Positions 25,362 to 39,478 of a stretch of DNA of 64,000 bases are shown piece by piece. Source of the stretch: Octopus bimaculoides (taxonomy: Eukaryota); contig NC_068981.1 of the NCBI RefSeq assembly GCF_001194135.2, forward strand, positions 41,404,709-41,468,708, in the 5' to 3' direction. The position numbers and the translations under genes were made by a program. Numbering within the stretch: position 1 is the stretch's first letter; each line of letters begins with the position of its first letter. Below the pieces are notes generated by a model. That model was not told the origin of the DNA and did not search any database. It worked only from the letters and a program-made list of their open reading frames with translations.

Positions 25362-26627
25362 AAACTAGCAGAAATACCCGGCTTTGCCCGGGTTAAAGAG
25401 AATAATGAAATCTAAAAACGCTGTCTAGACTACGCAACCCTCAACTGTTAGTAGCTACGATACCATATTTCTACATTAATAACTCTCCAATCCATGCCAG
25501 CATGGAACATAGACATTAAGTGGAATGCCAGTCTCTCATCTAGGAGGGCCTTGAAATCAATGTTACCAACTGGGGACTATGTGTGTCGCAGTGATAATAA
25601 AAAGACCCAAAGGAGGTCTGCAACGAAATAATTTTACTCAACACTNNNNNNNNNNNNNNNNNNNNNNNNNNNNNNNNNNNNNNNNNNNNNNNNNNNNNNN
25701 NNNNNNNNNNNNNNNNNNNNNNNNNNNNNNNNNNNNNNNNNNNNNNNNNNNNNNNNNNNNNNNNNNNNNNNNNNNNNNNNNNNNNNNNNNNNNNNNNNNN
25801 NNNNNNNNNNNNNNNNNNNNNNNNNNNNNNNNNNNNNNNNNNNNNNNNNNNNNNNNNNNNNNNNNNNNNNNNNNNNNNNNNNNNNNNNNNNNNNNNNNNN
25901 NNNNNNNNNNNNNNNNNNNNNNNNNNNNNNNNNNNNNNNNNNNNNNNNNNNNNNNNNNNNNNNNNNNNNNNNNNNNNNNNNNNNNNNNNNNNNNNNNNNN
26001 NNNNNNNNNNNNNNNNNNNNNNNNNNNNNNNNNNNNNNNNNNNNNNNNNNNNNNNNNNNNNNNNNNNNNNNNNNNNNNNNNNNNNNNNNNNNNNNNNNNN
26101 NNNNNNNNNNNNNNNNNNNNNNNNNNNNNNNNNNNNNNNNNNNNNNNNNNNNNNNNNNNNNNNNNNNNNNNNNNNNNNNNNNNNNNNNNNNNNNNNNNNN
26201 NNNNNNNNNNNNNNNNNNNNNNNNNNNNNNNNNNNNNNNNNNNNNNNNNNNNNNNNNNNNNNNNNNNNNNNNNNNNNNNNNNNNNNNNNNNNNNNGTGAT
26301 TGTTTCAGTTAGTAGAATAGTTTCATTTTAAAGTGAAAGTATTTGACATGAGTGTTTTTGTTTCACTTTTGACACGTAATACTTAAATAGTGGAGGAGAT
26401 ATTATGTTGCCGTGGGCTCGAACTCTGCAAGAAGTTAAAATTTTTTTTGACTAAAACACAACTGGAACCCTAAGTAAGGCATCTGTAAAATTTGAATGAA
26501 ATTGGTTGCGTAGTTCTCGAGTTTTAGGGATTCACACAGACAGACAGACAGACAGACAGACAGACCGACAGACAGACAGACAGACACACACACACACACA
26601 CACATTCTCATTTTTATATATATAGAT
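25362..26627 (+). mobile_element. Helentron-associated (DINE/HINE-like) element spanning a gap
   Basis: 5' ACTAGC plus hairpin ACCCGG-CTTTG-CCCGGGT. 3' aaatttgaatgaaattggttg...(CAGA)n...attctcatttttatatatatagat. Confidence 0.7.
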
Positions 26628-26754
26628 TATTACAAAGTTTGTTGGTGGAGCTTCAACAGGAGAAGGGGTTAGATATTTGGTTTAATGTTTCCAAGAAGTC
26701 AAAGCAAAGAATAAAGAATAGATTCTGAATATCTGATGAAGAAATACAGAAGAA

Positions 26755-27140
26755 ATACGCATGGCTGTGTGGTAAAGAAGTTCATTTAGCAACCACCTGA
26801 TTTCAGGTTCAGTCTCACAATGGTCCAGTCTCATGATAGAGCACTTTCTACTGTAGGCCTGGGTCAAACAATGTCTTGTGAATTAATTTGGTAGATGGAA
26901 ACTGTGTGAAAGCCTGATGTGTGTGTGCGTGCATGTGTGTGTGTATCCTTGTGTTTGTCCATCCTTCCCACTGCTTGACAACTAGTTTGGTTAGTTTATG
27001 TCCCTGTAAATTGGCAGCTTGGCTAAAGATGCTGATAGAATAAGGACCAGACTTAAAAATAAGCTCTAGGGTCAATTTGTTGGACTAAACCCTTCAAGAT
27101 GATGCCCCAGCATAGCCATGACTGAAATAAGTAAAAGATA
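26755..27140 (+). mobile_element. tRNA-derived SINE, family A
   Basis: gcatggctgtgtggtaaagaag head through gactgaaataagtaaaag tail. Confidence 0.8.
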
Positions 27141-28729
27141 AAATATGAAAAATCATTTTTTATAAATTAGGTTCAATTTTGAACAAAGCAAGTATGATTG
27201 CAGAAGTATTATATCATAAATATTTAGTATACTCATAGTATTTAAATTGACTAATAAACTGGTTTTTAAAGTAGCTTGATTAAATGTAACAGGCTGCTTT
27301 AAAAAAACAGAAATCTAGGTCATATAATGACAATCGTTTCTATTGTAAAAAGCATCCGGGAGGTTGTGTACTTCTTATTACAACACTCACAGATCAATAT
27401 CTTTATGATAATGTTTAATACTTATATATACTTAGGTTATTTTATATAATTGTTTTTATCTTATGGGACAGATGACAAAAATGTATGCAAACAATTGTAC
27501 AGCAGTCGGGTTAAAACATATGTATGTATGCATGCATGTCTGTATGTGTGTATGTGCAAATAAATTATTCCAATACCTTTGGGTACTATACACACATACA
27601 TGCAAACTGATGCATATATTTATGTCATTACTGAAATTTTCCTTTAACATACCATGTATAATAGATTATTAATATTCTTTTCTACTCTAGGCACAAGACC
27701 CAAAATTTTGGGGCAGGTGGGGCCAGTCAATTAGATCGACTCCAGTATGCAACTGGTACTTAATTTATCGACCCCGAAAGGATGAAAGGCAAAGTCATCC
27801 TAGGCGCAATTTGAACTCAGAACGTAAAGACAGACAAAATACTGCTAAATATTTCGCCTGGCGTGAATAGCTCATTAATATTGAACAAAAAAAGACATAA
27901 TACGTTTTAAACAAAATTCTTTAATGTAATTTTAATACTGTTGTTGTGTCTTGGGTGGGCCATTTCGCCAATAATAATAAACACATGCACTCATTCAATA
28001 TCACTTCAATATCTCTTCTTTTTGTTAGTCACTTGGTTAAATATCTAACCAACTAGTTGATCATTTGTTTAATTTACTGATTAAACAATCAATCGGTTGT
28101 TTCTTTGTCAAAGTCCTTTCATTGCAATTCACAACCTCATCAATGACAAACCCGCTCTCTTCAAGGTGTGCTTTGAGTATGTCTGAGAGTTAAGTCTTAT
28201 GCCTAGACCTTATAGAGATAAGGCAAACAAACAATGGAATAGTTACTTGAACACTTAACCTAGTTTTATCTTTGCTGTTATGTAGTGTTTTTACTGTAGA
28301 TATTGCAAGCTTTAATGGTTTTGTAATATAACAGATTTTCTACCAAATAAAATCTTTGTAAAACTATCAGTTTTAATATCTATTACAATCCCTTTACGAC
28401 TCCTTTCCATACAACTTCTTTCATTTCATCTGGATAACCTTTTTTAGTCACCATGAATAAAGAAAATATATTCTGTGCATGTTTATAGCGCTAAAAATAA
28501 CAGGGCAGTAAAATAACCTGCGAAGCCATTGCTATTATTTTTCTTCATTTTTTATTATTTATATTTACTTTTGTCTATATTATTGTTATTAGCACACCAG
28601 GCAAAATGCTTAGCAGTATTTCATCTGTCTTTACGTTCTGAGTTCAATTTCCACTAAGATCACCTTTGCCTTTCATCCTTTTGGGAGTTGATAAATTAAG
28701 TACCAGTGAAACACTGGGGTCAATGTAAT

Positions 28730-28904
28730 CACCTGATTTACAATACCAGTGACTAGACTATAACCCACACCACCAGATATTTTAAGCATCTCAGCAGTGA
28801 TTCCTGATTGGCTGGGGGATTTTCCTGGCTTCATACCCTTAATTGCTTTATTTACCAGGGTGCTGTCTATTTGGATAGCTGGTCCCTCTACTGGCTCAAC
28901 ATTT

Positions 28905-28907
<3 letters not shown>
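28730..28907 (-). mobile_element. RTE LINE pre-RT fragment
   Basis: VEGPAIQIDSTLVNKAIKGMKPGKSPSQSGITAEMLK. Confidence 0.7.
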
Positions 28908-28956
<49 letters not shown>

Positions 28957-31094
28957 CACACACACACATACATACACACACACATACACACACATATATA
29001 TATATAGATATACATACATACATACATACATTCACATACAGTGGGCTATGACTGATTTAATTATCTTATTTTGAAAATATGCATGAAAAAATAATTCTCA
29101 TGTCCTGTACAATTATGTTGTTAATTATATAATTGTGAAGATTCATCTGCATTATTGAAACATTTGTAGAAAATAAAACTTTGAGAAATATCAATGACAT
29201 TCTTTGCCAACTATTTTTTCAAATGTACACAGATACATGCATACATATACGCCCATCAACACACACATGCACATGCGCACATGTGTGTGTGTGTGTGTAT
29301 TTGTCTCAACATTTTTTCCCATTGCCATTTATTTATGTCATATAATGACACATAGAACAAAGTATGTTACTTGTAAACAACCATCAGATAGGGTATTCAG
29401 CCATAAAATACTGCCTCAAGAAATTTTATCCAATGTAAAAGCTGTTTTCCAACAAAAAAAAATAGCTCCATTGTTAGAAATTGAATAAGACAGATGATAG
29501 TATTTCATGTTGAACTTTAGAAAAGTCATGCATATCTTTATTGTTCCACTTTAAGATTGTGTTTGCAATGATTGTTAACTGGTTAATTTCTCAGCTTGGA
29601 TACCAACATTTTAAGGCATTGCTTAGGTAGACTTTTAAAGTATACAGAGAAGTGTACTGTAAATATATATATATATAATATGATATAATATAATATAATA
29701 TAATATAATATGATATAATATAATATATATATATATANNNNNNNNNNNNNNNNNATATATATTAAACCAAATCTAGTTTAGTACATCATAACAATTCTTG
29801 TCTTTTTGCAAAAGATAAGAATAAAATCCTTATGTGGAAAAGAGTATCAATTTCAGTGATGTTCTTATATCTGTAAAACATGATTGAAAATATTCTGATA
29901 GTCCAAACTTCAGATCCATGTGAAAAAAATATTTTGTTCTTAATATTTTGGTTTATCTTGTGAGGCAGTAAGCTGGCAGAATTGTTAGCATCCTGGGCAA
30001 AATGCTTAGTGGCACGTCATCTGCCTTTGCATTCTGAGTTCAAATTCTGTCAAAGTTGACTTGACCTTTCATCCTTTCCAGGGTCAGTAAATAAATGTCA
30101 TTGAACACTGGCATCGATATTATCAACTTATCCCCTCTCCTAAACTTGCTGGCCTTGTGCCAAACTTTGAAACCAATATTTGGGTTATTTTGTGGTGAGC
30201 TCTACTGAGCAGGAGTTAAGTTTCCAGCAGGCAGGTTAGTAAGTCAGTTTTTATTCTAAGTTGATTCCTACTTTTTAATAATTTCATAGAGATGTGTGTC
30301 ATTAAAACAAAATTTTTTAAAAATCAATAATTTGTATTCATGTTTCAACTGTGACCATATCAGGACGTCTGTATATAACAAGAATTTTAGATCATATTAT
30401 TGTGATATGACTAAATTAATTGTTTGAAATGTTAAAACTAAATGACAGAAAATAGAATCAATAAAAAATGTCTCACTGTTTAAATATATTTTTATCATAT
30501 TAAAAAAAAAAAAGCTTTTTGTTTTTCAATTGTCACCTGATCTGAAGGTACTTTTACCATTATTTTGTTGAATATGCTGTGTCATCAGCACTTGCATCTC
30601 GTATTACCACCGTTTTCCTTAACTCATGGGGACTGACTAAAATCAATGACAGCAGGTATCATTTTCCAGAAACTAACAAAACAAAATATTAAAAGATTAG
30701 TTTCTTTATCCTAAAATTTTACAATAAAGATGAGCATTCAATTAATCATTCTTTTTAAAATTTGTTTTGTTTTAAATATCACTGAAATTGTTCAGCAAAA
30801 GAAAGCTAATATATTTTAGGAATCCAAATACATTTTTTCCCTGCTTTCATACAGGCAACAAAGTAATCATTGCAAAACCAGCTATTGGCAAGTAGTTTCC
30901 ACTGCACTAAATTAAACAATTCGGATCATGTATCTCATTTCCCAAACTCTGTTATTGCAAAATGTTTATACAATAAATTTGCTGATTAAAATGTACATGT
31001 GTATTAATTTAGTATTTAGCACCACTAAATGTACATGTGTATTAAATGTACATATGTATTAATTTAGTATTTAGCACCACTGATGCTATACTAA

Positions 31095-31217
<123 letters not shown>

Positions 31218-31684
31218 CAAATACTACGACTTTTCTTCTAAGCCCATATAGTTAAGTCAGGACTAATCTTATTTTGCGCAAGATAGTTTCTGTTGGAGGC
31301 TATCTACAACCTCAAGATAGCCTCCTGGCCCTGTCTCACTGTATCGTTGCTATCTGCTAACCCCTGACCTGTATGTTCCACTCACACATAACAAGAAAAC
31401 TTTTCACACATTCCACCCCAACAAACCAAACCACATCTCTTCTCTTCCTCACATTTTCTCCTTCATGATCTATGCTTGCCTCTCACTCCCCAATCCTGTC
31501 TTCACAGCCCTCTTTCTCTGTATCGTTGCTATTCGAGAGCCCCACCCAAGGTTTTCACCACTCACTGCATTCCCCTCCCCACTCTCTACTCATGCTTCTT
31601 TGTCAATGTCCTGCCACTTATACTATGACCTTTGAACCTCAAGGGTATGCCCTGGCACTTACCACCATCTATCTCTCACTTCTT

Positions 31685-32616
31685 NNNNNNNNNNNNNNNN
31701 NNNNNNNNNNNNNNNNNNNNNNNNNNNNNNNNNNNNNNNNNNNNNNNNNNNNNNNNNNNNNNNNNNNNNNNNNNNNNNNNNNNNNNNNNNNNNNNNNNNN
31801 NNNNNNNNNNNNNNNNNNNNNNNNNNNNNNNNNNNNNNNNNNNNNNNNNNNNNNNNNNNNNNNNNNNNNNNNNNNNNNNNNNNNNNNNNNNNNNNNNNNN
31901 NNNNNNNNNNNNNNNNNNNNNNNNNNNNNNNNNNNNNNNNNNNNNNNNNNNNNNNNNNNNNNNNNNNNNNNNNNNNNNNNNNNNNNNNNNNNNNNNNNNN
32001 NNNNNNNNNNNNNNNNNNNNNNNNNNNNNNNNNNNNNNNNNNNNNNNNNNNNNNNNNNNNNNNNNNNNNNNNNNNNNNNNNNNNNNNNNNNNNNNNNNNN
32101 NNNNNNNNNNNNNNNNNNNNNNNNNNNNNNNNNNNNNNNNNNNNNNNNNNNNNNNNNNNNNNNNNNNNNNNNNNNNNNNNNNNNNNNNNNNNNNNNNNNN
32201 NNNNNNNNNNNNNNNNNNNNNNNNNNNNNNNNNNNNNNNNNNNNNNNNNNNNNNNNNNNNNNNNNNNNNNNNNNNNNNNNNNNNNNNNNNNNNNNNNNNN
32301 NNNNNNNNNNNNNNNNNNNNNNNNNNNNNNNNNNNNNNNNNNNNNNNNNNNNNNNNNNNNNNNNNNNNNNNNNNNNNNNNNNNNNNNNNNNNNNNNNNNN
32401 NNNNNNNNNNNNNNNNNNNNNNNNNNNNNNNNNNNNNNNNNNNNNNNNNNNNNNNNNNNNNNNNNNNNNNNNNNNNNNNNNNNNNNNNNNNNNNNNNNNN
32501 NNNNNNNNNNNNNNNNNNNNNNNNNNNNNNNNNNNNNNNNNNNNNNNNNNNNNNNNNNNNNNNNNNNNNNNNNNNNNNNNNNNNNNNNNNNNNNNNNNNN
32601 NNNNNNNNNNNNNNNN
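31685..32616. other. Assembly gap (largest of about 15)
   Basis: N run. Other large gaps: 19292-19749, 20731-21095, 25646-26295, 48551-49099, 55057-55399, 56351-56793, 61986-62209. Confidence 1.
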
Positions 32617-33073
32617 CTACCCCTTCCCCTCTCTCCCCCTCCCCCTCTCTCACCAGGTAACCTTGTACCTCCTCTACACCAAGACCTGTTTCTGTCTCTG
32701 TCTCACTATATCCAGTCCACATTGTAAAGTGGTTGTTGTTTGAAAGGGCATCCAACTGTAAAAACCATGCCAAAACTGACCTCACCTGTGCTTGTGTCAT
32801 GTAAAAGGCACTCAGTCCACTCTGCTGGATGGTTGGTGTTAGGAAGGACATCCAGCCGTAATAACCCAGCCAAAACAGATACAGAAGTCTAGTGCAGGCT
32901 TCTGCCTGGCCGGCTCCTATCAAACCATCTTGCCCATGCCAGCATGGAAGGTAGATGTTAAACGATGATGATGATAATGATGTATATGTGTGTGTGTGTA
33001 TAACACATATGTACATGCATAGATATATGCATACAAACATACACATGCACACACACACAAACACGCACAGTCA

Positions 33074-33598
33074 GTTGTGGAAATCAGCTGCTCAGTGGAT
33101 GTTAACACAAAGCTGAAGATCAGTGAAAAAGACAATACCTATGCTGAACAATTGAGAAATTTGCAGTTGTTCTATCCAGATTACAAGTTCAGGTATATAC
33201 CTGTAATTATTGGGGCACTGGAATATGTAACACACTGCCTAAATGCCAATCTTGAGAAATTAGGATTCTTGAAACCAGAAAGGAGAAAGCTGATTTGCAG
33301 ACTACAGATCTTGTCCATCACTGGAACTGTAGAAACCTGTAAAACTTACCAGAAGTTTATCATTTAAGTATATATGAGTATGTCTAGATATGCAAGTATA
33401 TGCATGAAAAGACATACATAAAACAAAACATACAAATCTGCACACACGCACACACACGCACACACACACACACACACACACATACATAAAAAATACCCTG
33501 TTGTTGATGGTGAAATTCCATTGAACGAGCTTTGGGTCTAGATTAGAAACCAGCTCTTTCTCTATTGGCCAGAAATCTTGAAATAAAACTGAATAATA
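33074..33598 (+). mobile_element. REL-endonuclease LINE (R4/NeSL-like) C-terminus plus 3' UTR
   Basis: VVEISCSVDVN...EKDNTY...IPVIIGALE...ITGTV. The 3' UTR motif gttagaaacc(a/g)gctctttctctattggc recurs at about 16625-16710. Confidence 0.8.
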
Positions 33599-33775
33599 AC
33601 ATACATACATACATACATACATATATACATACATACCTACATACATGAATGCATGCATACATACATACATACACACATGCAAGCACACACACACATGCAC
33701 ACACATGCATGCACGCATACACACACACACACACACATGCACACACATGCANNNNNNNNNNCACATGCATGCACG

Positions 33776-33817
<42 letters not shown>

Positions 33818-33829
33818 CCCTTGAGATTC

Positions 33830-34500
33830 ATGAAACTCTTATATGCTAGCAATATGGCTCTCATAACCAAGTCAGATTAAGTATTAGAATAAATATTCTA
33901 TGCATGGAAGCAAATCTAGAATAAGAAGCCTGAAAGTAGTTCATGCCAAAAGTTTTATTAAGTATGAGCAAATACAGAATTTTTCTGCCATTTGCCAGTA
34001 AATTAGCTATGCTCCATATGTAGTAAAGGAAAATGTAGGAATTCAGTACTGTTGCTAATGTAAATTATAGATGCTCACAAAGTGAAGGGGTATCACTTGC
34101 AGGGTAACAGAATATGATTTCTTGTGTAGAAAATTCACATAAGTTAGCAGTAATAGTATATCTGAAGTGAACTCTTTCAGTTGCCTGAAAGTTTGATCAA
34201 AGTAGTTGACAGTAAGGTGACATAATCAGTTGTAGTGGCAAGGGTTGCAAAAGTATAGTAATTATACTAAGAATAGGCTGGAAAACTTTCAGGTAGTTAT
34301 TATTTCTGTTAGCAACAAAAGGCTTATCTTATCCAGTGAGAACAGGATCATAAAATGCTTTTGTATGTTAGCAAAACATGAAAATTGAACAGACAGAGTA
34401 TGTGAAAGCTGGAAAGAAATGAAGTGTGTGTACTCCACTTAATATGTAACAATAACTTCCTAATGTTCAAATTCTGTATCAGTGATACATGAACAGATTA
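33830..34500 (+). mobile_element. Heavily decayed copy of the same RTE LINE
   Basis: LLYASNMALIT (YADD region) and CSICSKG..RNSV..CKL segments align by eye to 40600-41200. Confidence 0.6.
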
Positions 34501-35099
34501 TCTTATACCATGACCTTACATACATTTGTTGTAACATTATGGGAGAGTAATGTTCAAGTGTACTTAGTGCATGCATATGGGTGTAGATGCAGCCAAGTGA
34601 TTAAAGAGTCATTTTGTAATTAAAGATTTTGGGTCACTGTGTTCCATCATGTTGATAGATACATACACAAACACACATATGATGGGCTTCTTTCAGTTTC
34701 TGCCTACCAAATCCACTCACAAAGCTTTATTCAGCCTGAGATTACAGTAGAAGACTTGCCTAAGACGCTATGCAGTGGGACTGACCCCTGAGCCATGTGG
34801 TCAAGAAGCAAACTTCTTACCACACAACCATGCTTGAGGCTATATACCATCTTTGTTACAAACAACTAGATCACATTGATGTTGTGTAAAGATCTCATTA
34901 GGGATACACATGTCTACGAAATACTCAGCTACATGTATTATTCATCGAGTAGATAATTCAATTACTAACTGGATAATTCAATTACAAAACTGGGCAAGGT
35001 GGCGAGATGGTGTGAGGGCAGTTGCTATGGCTTTGAGGTAGATCCAGCCACCCCCATTAATAGGGACAAAACCTGGATTTAAAACACTGGATGATGATA

Positions 35100-35149
<50 letters not shown>

Positions 35150-36049
35150 GGAGCCATTAACTTTTTGTTCCAGACATGATGGGCATCCAACTGTAGAAAA
35201 TCTGCCTCTACAAATACCATCTGACTCATGCAAGCATGGAAAGTGGATGTTAAATGATGATGATGATAACAACAATGATATACACCTCCCTTTATTTTTT
35301 TCTCTCACACTCATTATTTTTTATCCCTCTCTCTCTTTCTTTTTTATTTTTCTCTCCCTCCTTCCCTCCCTCTCTGTCTGTCTCTCTCAAACACACACAA
35401 ACACATGTGCACACACGCATACATACATGCACCCACAAACACATATACAGACACAAATGCATTGGGTGGGAAACCTATAAGCCCAACACAGCATTTAGTT
35501 TATTACCACCACCTTGTCTATGGCGTCGTTTAATAGAGTTCACTATAGTGTAAGCATTCAGCCAACTTAATTCCTCACCTGATCATGTTTCTTGTGAACA
35601 TATACAGGCTTGACATGAGTCATATATCAATCTCACCTGTCTGTAAAGGTATGCACTGTTCTTTGATTTATTTTAGTTATCTATCTTATATTGCAATTTG
35701 TGAACAATAGTATCCTTCCTTGCTGGTTGACAATTGGATAACCATTGTTTTCTGATGATAAGAGTAACAAGGAAGAACTTACTTCAATGCAGAACAAATA
35801 TCTCAAAAGAAAGCATTGTTTTTTATCTTTTGTAATATTCTGACCAATGATTATATCCTTGCTGGACATACATTGGTGGAAGACACATCATGTACACATG
35901 CATGCATGCACGCACACATGCACACACACATGCACATGCATGCACACGCATTCACGCACGTGTGCACACACACACACACACGCACAAAGTCAAGGCTATA
36001 GTAGAAAATATTTATCAGGTGCAGCACAGTAGATTGAACCCTGAAGCAC

Positions 36050-36710
36050 CCACTTACAACCTAGATGCTAAATCCACTTTGACTCCATGAATAGTGACCT
36101 CCAATGTATCTTCTAATGGGAAAATAACTATCATGTCTCTTTCAATAGCAAAAAACATAAACACTATACATTTAAACAAAAAAAAGCATCATTGTGCGAT
36201 CCACCCTAATCAGCACTCAGCTAGAGCCCTGACAATTTCTCTAATTATTGGCACTATTATAGAAAGTCTCTCTTGACAAAAGCACATCCTCAACATAGTT
36301 GGGACCACATTCCAGTAACTGAGTCTTCTCTCCAGGGCTGGCATATACTTCAACACCCAACAATTACTGCTACTCTATAAGCTTAGATTGGAAATATTGC
36401 TCTTACCTGAGGGATGGTGGTGCTGCTGCTAGACACACAGAAATCCTAGATTGCTTCAAGAAAAGGGCCATACAACTGATTGGTATAAAGACACTCGTAG
36501 ATATGCCCAAGCCTCTGGCCCTCTCTGCCTTTTCTACTGCTACTACTCTTCAGGGTTGACTGGTCTCATGCCATCTCCACTGAGACATTTCCATCCCACT
36601 TGCCTCTCATGCTCTCATCGCTCTAGTTGTGTCCAACCCATAGACCTTGCACTAATCACTACACTCAGTTTTTTCCTCTGTAGAACACATTAGCCCAATG
36701 GAACTTAATC
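36050..36710 (+). mobile_element. 5'-truncated CR1/L2-group LINE (RT end and thumb)
   Basis: SMNSDLQCIF*WENNYHVSFNSKK, YFNTQQLLLLYK, EYCSYL, ILDCFKKRAIQLIG, LCLFYCYY, SFFLCRT. Confidence 0.7.
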
Positions 36711-37237
36711 CTGTTCATGTCTTTTCCACAAGTCTTGTTAAACAAAGGTTTGAAAGAAACAAGCAATTTGAAAAAAAAAAGAAAGAAAATTTAATAGCTT
36801 CAAAGATTTAGTGTCATGTAAGCACTGTAACATTTGATGTGGTGGCACATTTTGTACATCATTTTCTTTCCTTTCATTCCAGCACAAATCAAGACCCAAA
36901 TTTCTTGAAATCATGCATGGCAGATCTTTCATTGCAGCAATCAGAATATGACACACATCTACAAGGATGCAATACCACCACTGCTGTAGCTTTCTAACTC
37001 ATGAATGCACACATGCTGTATAGACAGGAACAGTTATATTTCTTTGGTTGTCCATGGAGCTGTGTTTTTCATTGAAATGTCATTAGTATCTTGGAGGTGA
37101 AATCTTTGTTTCACCATACTGGTGTGTCTTCATTTTCATGAAGGTCCATGGCAAGAGATATTCAATCTGAGGAAAATGGGAGAAAATACAAAAAAGAGGA
37201 TATACTTGATAGTGATTCAACAACCACCAACACCCAG

Positions 37238-37293
<56 letters not shown>

Positions 37294-37747
37294 AAGCATA
37301 TGTGTGAAACTGCTCTAACAATTTTATCTGTTTTGAATATTATATCCATATTTCATAGCCATACAACAAAATAGACAAAATGCGGATTTTGAAAATAGAT
37401 TAACACATATGAACCCAGTATAGGATTAACAGATATTTAGTAATAATGTTAGGTGGCATAGAAATACTCAAAGTGGTGAATGACACACTGTAAGATTGCT
37501 ATGAATGGATAACCTTGTGGTCTTTAGCTGCAGTGCAAGCAGCTTGTCTAGGAAAAGATCAATCTAAATATAAACTTGTTGCACAAACCAATATAAGCTT
37601 TGATCTGTAGCCATTTGCAATTCCAAATAAAGCAAAGTGATACTACACAAGCCACACACATACACACACATACACACAAACTCACACACATAGTCAATAA
37701 TACATGTATCAGAAAAGAAGCACACTCTAAAGAACAGAGCAGTAATT

Positions 37748-39478
37748 ATTACAACAAAAGTTTAAATTTTGGACATAGAATTACCAAAGGTTTCGTATCC
37801 ACAAAGCCAAAGCCTTTTAGAGAACTTGTCAGACTGTAAACAAAGACAAAAAAACTAAACTTTCAACATTGCGAATGTGAGGAAACGCTCAGAAATTGAG
37901 ATTTAAGTCTGAACATGTAAAAACGTTAATGAGGACTGGTTGTCTCCCCTGAACCAGAGGATAAAACAACCCTTATAGACCCAAAAAAGCCTAACTGGCA
38001 AACGGGGAGATCCAATATTCCAGTAGATAGCGTTTGAATCTGCTAATATTGCTGTTGGATGGTACATTGCTGGTAATGCATATAGCAGGTCTAGGTGTCA
38101 CCATAGCTTTGTAGATGACTCTTTCTTTCAGGCTCATTTCAGTCTCCTTCTGGACACTTATTATATACCCTGCAAGAACAACCAACCTCTTCCCTTGTAT
38201 TGTTAAAATGTTTTTTTATGTTAGGTGCACAACTAAAGGAGACTCTTAGGTTGTGCCTCTTAAATAATTGCCTGTATCTATGTGTGTGTGTGAAATGCTT
38301 GTCTATTAAAATGAAAATCTTTCCCACACAAGTCTTGACATTGAGCGAGAAGGGTGGAGCAAACCAAACGTTTCTGTGGTGCTTCCTTTTCTGGGTGCTA
38401 GGGCCTGGCATGTAAGAGATGCAGTCCTTAAACCCACTCAATGCCAGTGCCTCATTGTAGTAGGGGGCAGCGGTATTGAAGATATCTTAGCTTGAGAATA
38501 GATTCGAGATCCTCTTGCTTACACCTTTCACTAGGTCCTTGAAAACTAGAGGAGGGTTGCAGGANNNNNNNNNNCCTCTTGCTTACACCTTTCACTAGGT
38601 CCTTGAAAACTAGAGGAGGGTTGCAGGAGACTGTGCTAATATAAGACAGTTTTTCATTTGGCTTGTGATAGGGTCCGTATGTACCATATGTATCCCAGAT
38701 CTAAAGTAACATCTAAGAAATCTACTGTGGTGAGATTAGTCTCAATGGTGATCTTGAGTCCCATTGAGCCTAAGACGCTAATTAGGTCCTTTCTAAGTCT
38801 ATTTAGTGTGTACCCATTGACTCCTCTAGAGATGGCTAGGGTGTCATCTCTGTAGAGACTGAAGAGGACCAGGATGTACAGTCTGATAAGATCACAGACA
38901 TCAGTGGTGTCATATGCTCCCATAATTACATCAAAGGAGCCCTTGGGGTCAGATTGCTTGACCCATGTCGAATCTTTGCCGAACAGCACCATCTTCCTGA
39001 TATGCACGATTACTCTAACATCACTATCACTAATATCTGTGAAACCCTTACCAAAGGAAAGTTCCTTTATCAATAACTCTTTTGAAATCGATGGATAAAA
39101 GTTGACAATGTCCAACAGGAGGCCAATACGAGGCTGAAGGAGTCATCTATGAAACTATGGTGACACCTAGACCTGCTATCTGCATTACCAGCAATGTACC
39201 ATCCAACAGCAATATTAGCAATTTCAAGTGCTACCTTCTGGAAAATTGGATCTCCCCATTTGCCAGTTAGGCTTTTTCGGGTCTATAAGGGTTGTTTTAT
39301 CCTCTTTATATGTTAAGACTTAAATCCCAATTTCTGAGTGTTTACTCACATCTGCGATGTAGAAAGTTTAAATTTTTTATCCTTGTATAGAGCCTGACAA
39401 GCTGTCCAAAAGGCTTTGGCTTTGTGGATACGAAACCTTTGGTAACTCTATGTCCAAAATTTTAATTTTTGTCGTAAT
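37748..39478 (-). mobile_element. 5'-truncated Penelope-like (Naiad-type) retroelement with inverted copy of its 3' end
   Basis: RT motifs DIVNFYPSI, FDVIMGAYD, LYRDD, VDFLDVTLDL; linker WFAPPFSLNVKT; CSCR...CP zinc motif and VIY of the GIY-YIG region. Arms 37748-38160 and 39108-39478 are inverted copies. Confidence 0.85.

Noticed and set aside
30540-30690. Exon-like segment on minus with a strong acceptor (TTTTGTTTTGTTAG)
   Set aside because: All three frames stop within 16 codons and there is no recognisable protein.
38135-38160. In-frame TGA after CPEGD as a selenocysteine codon (some Naiads encode selenoproteins)
   Set aside because: The TGA is one codon before the expected Cys position and aligns to CAA in the other arm. 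A frameshift follows, and no SECIS was seen.
38511-38628. 54-bp tandem duplication
   Set aside because: Identical copies flank a 10-N gap (38565-38574), indicating an unmerged contig overlap. The same applies to 41938-42033.
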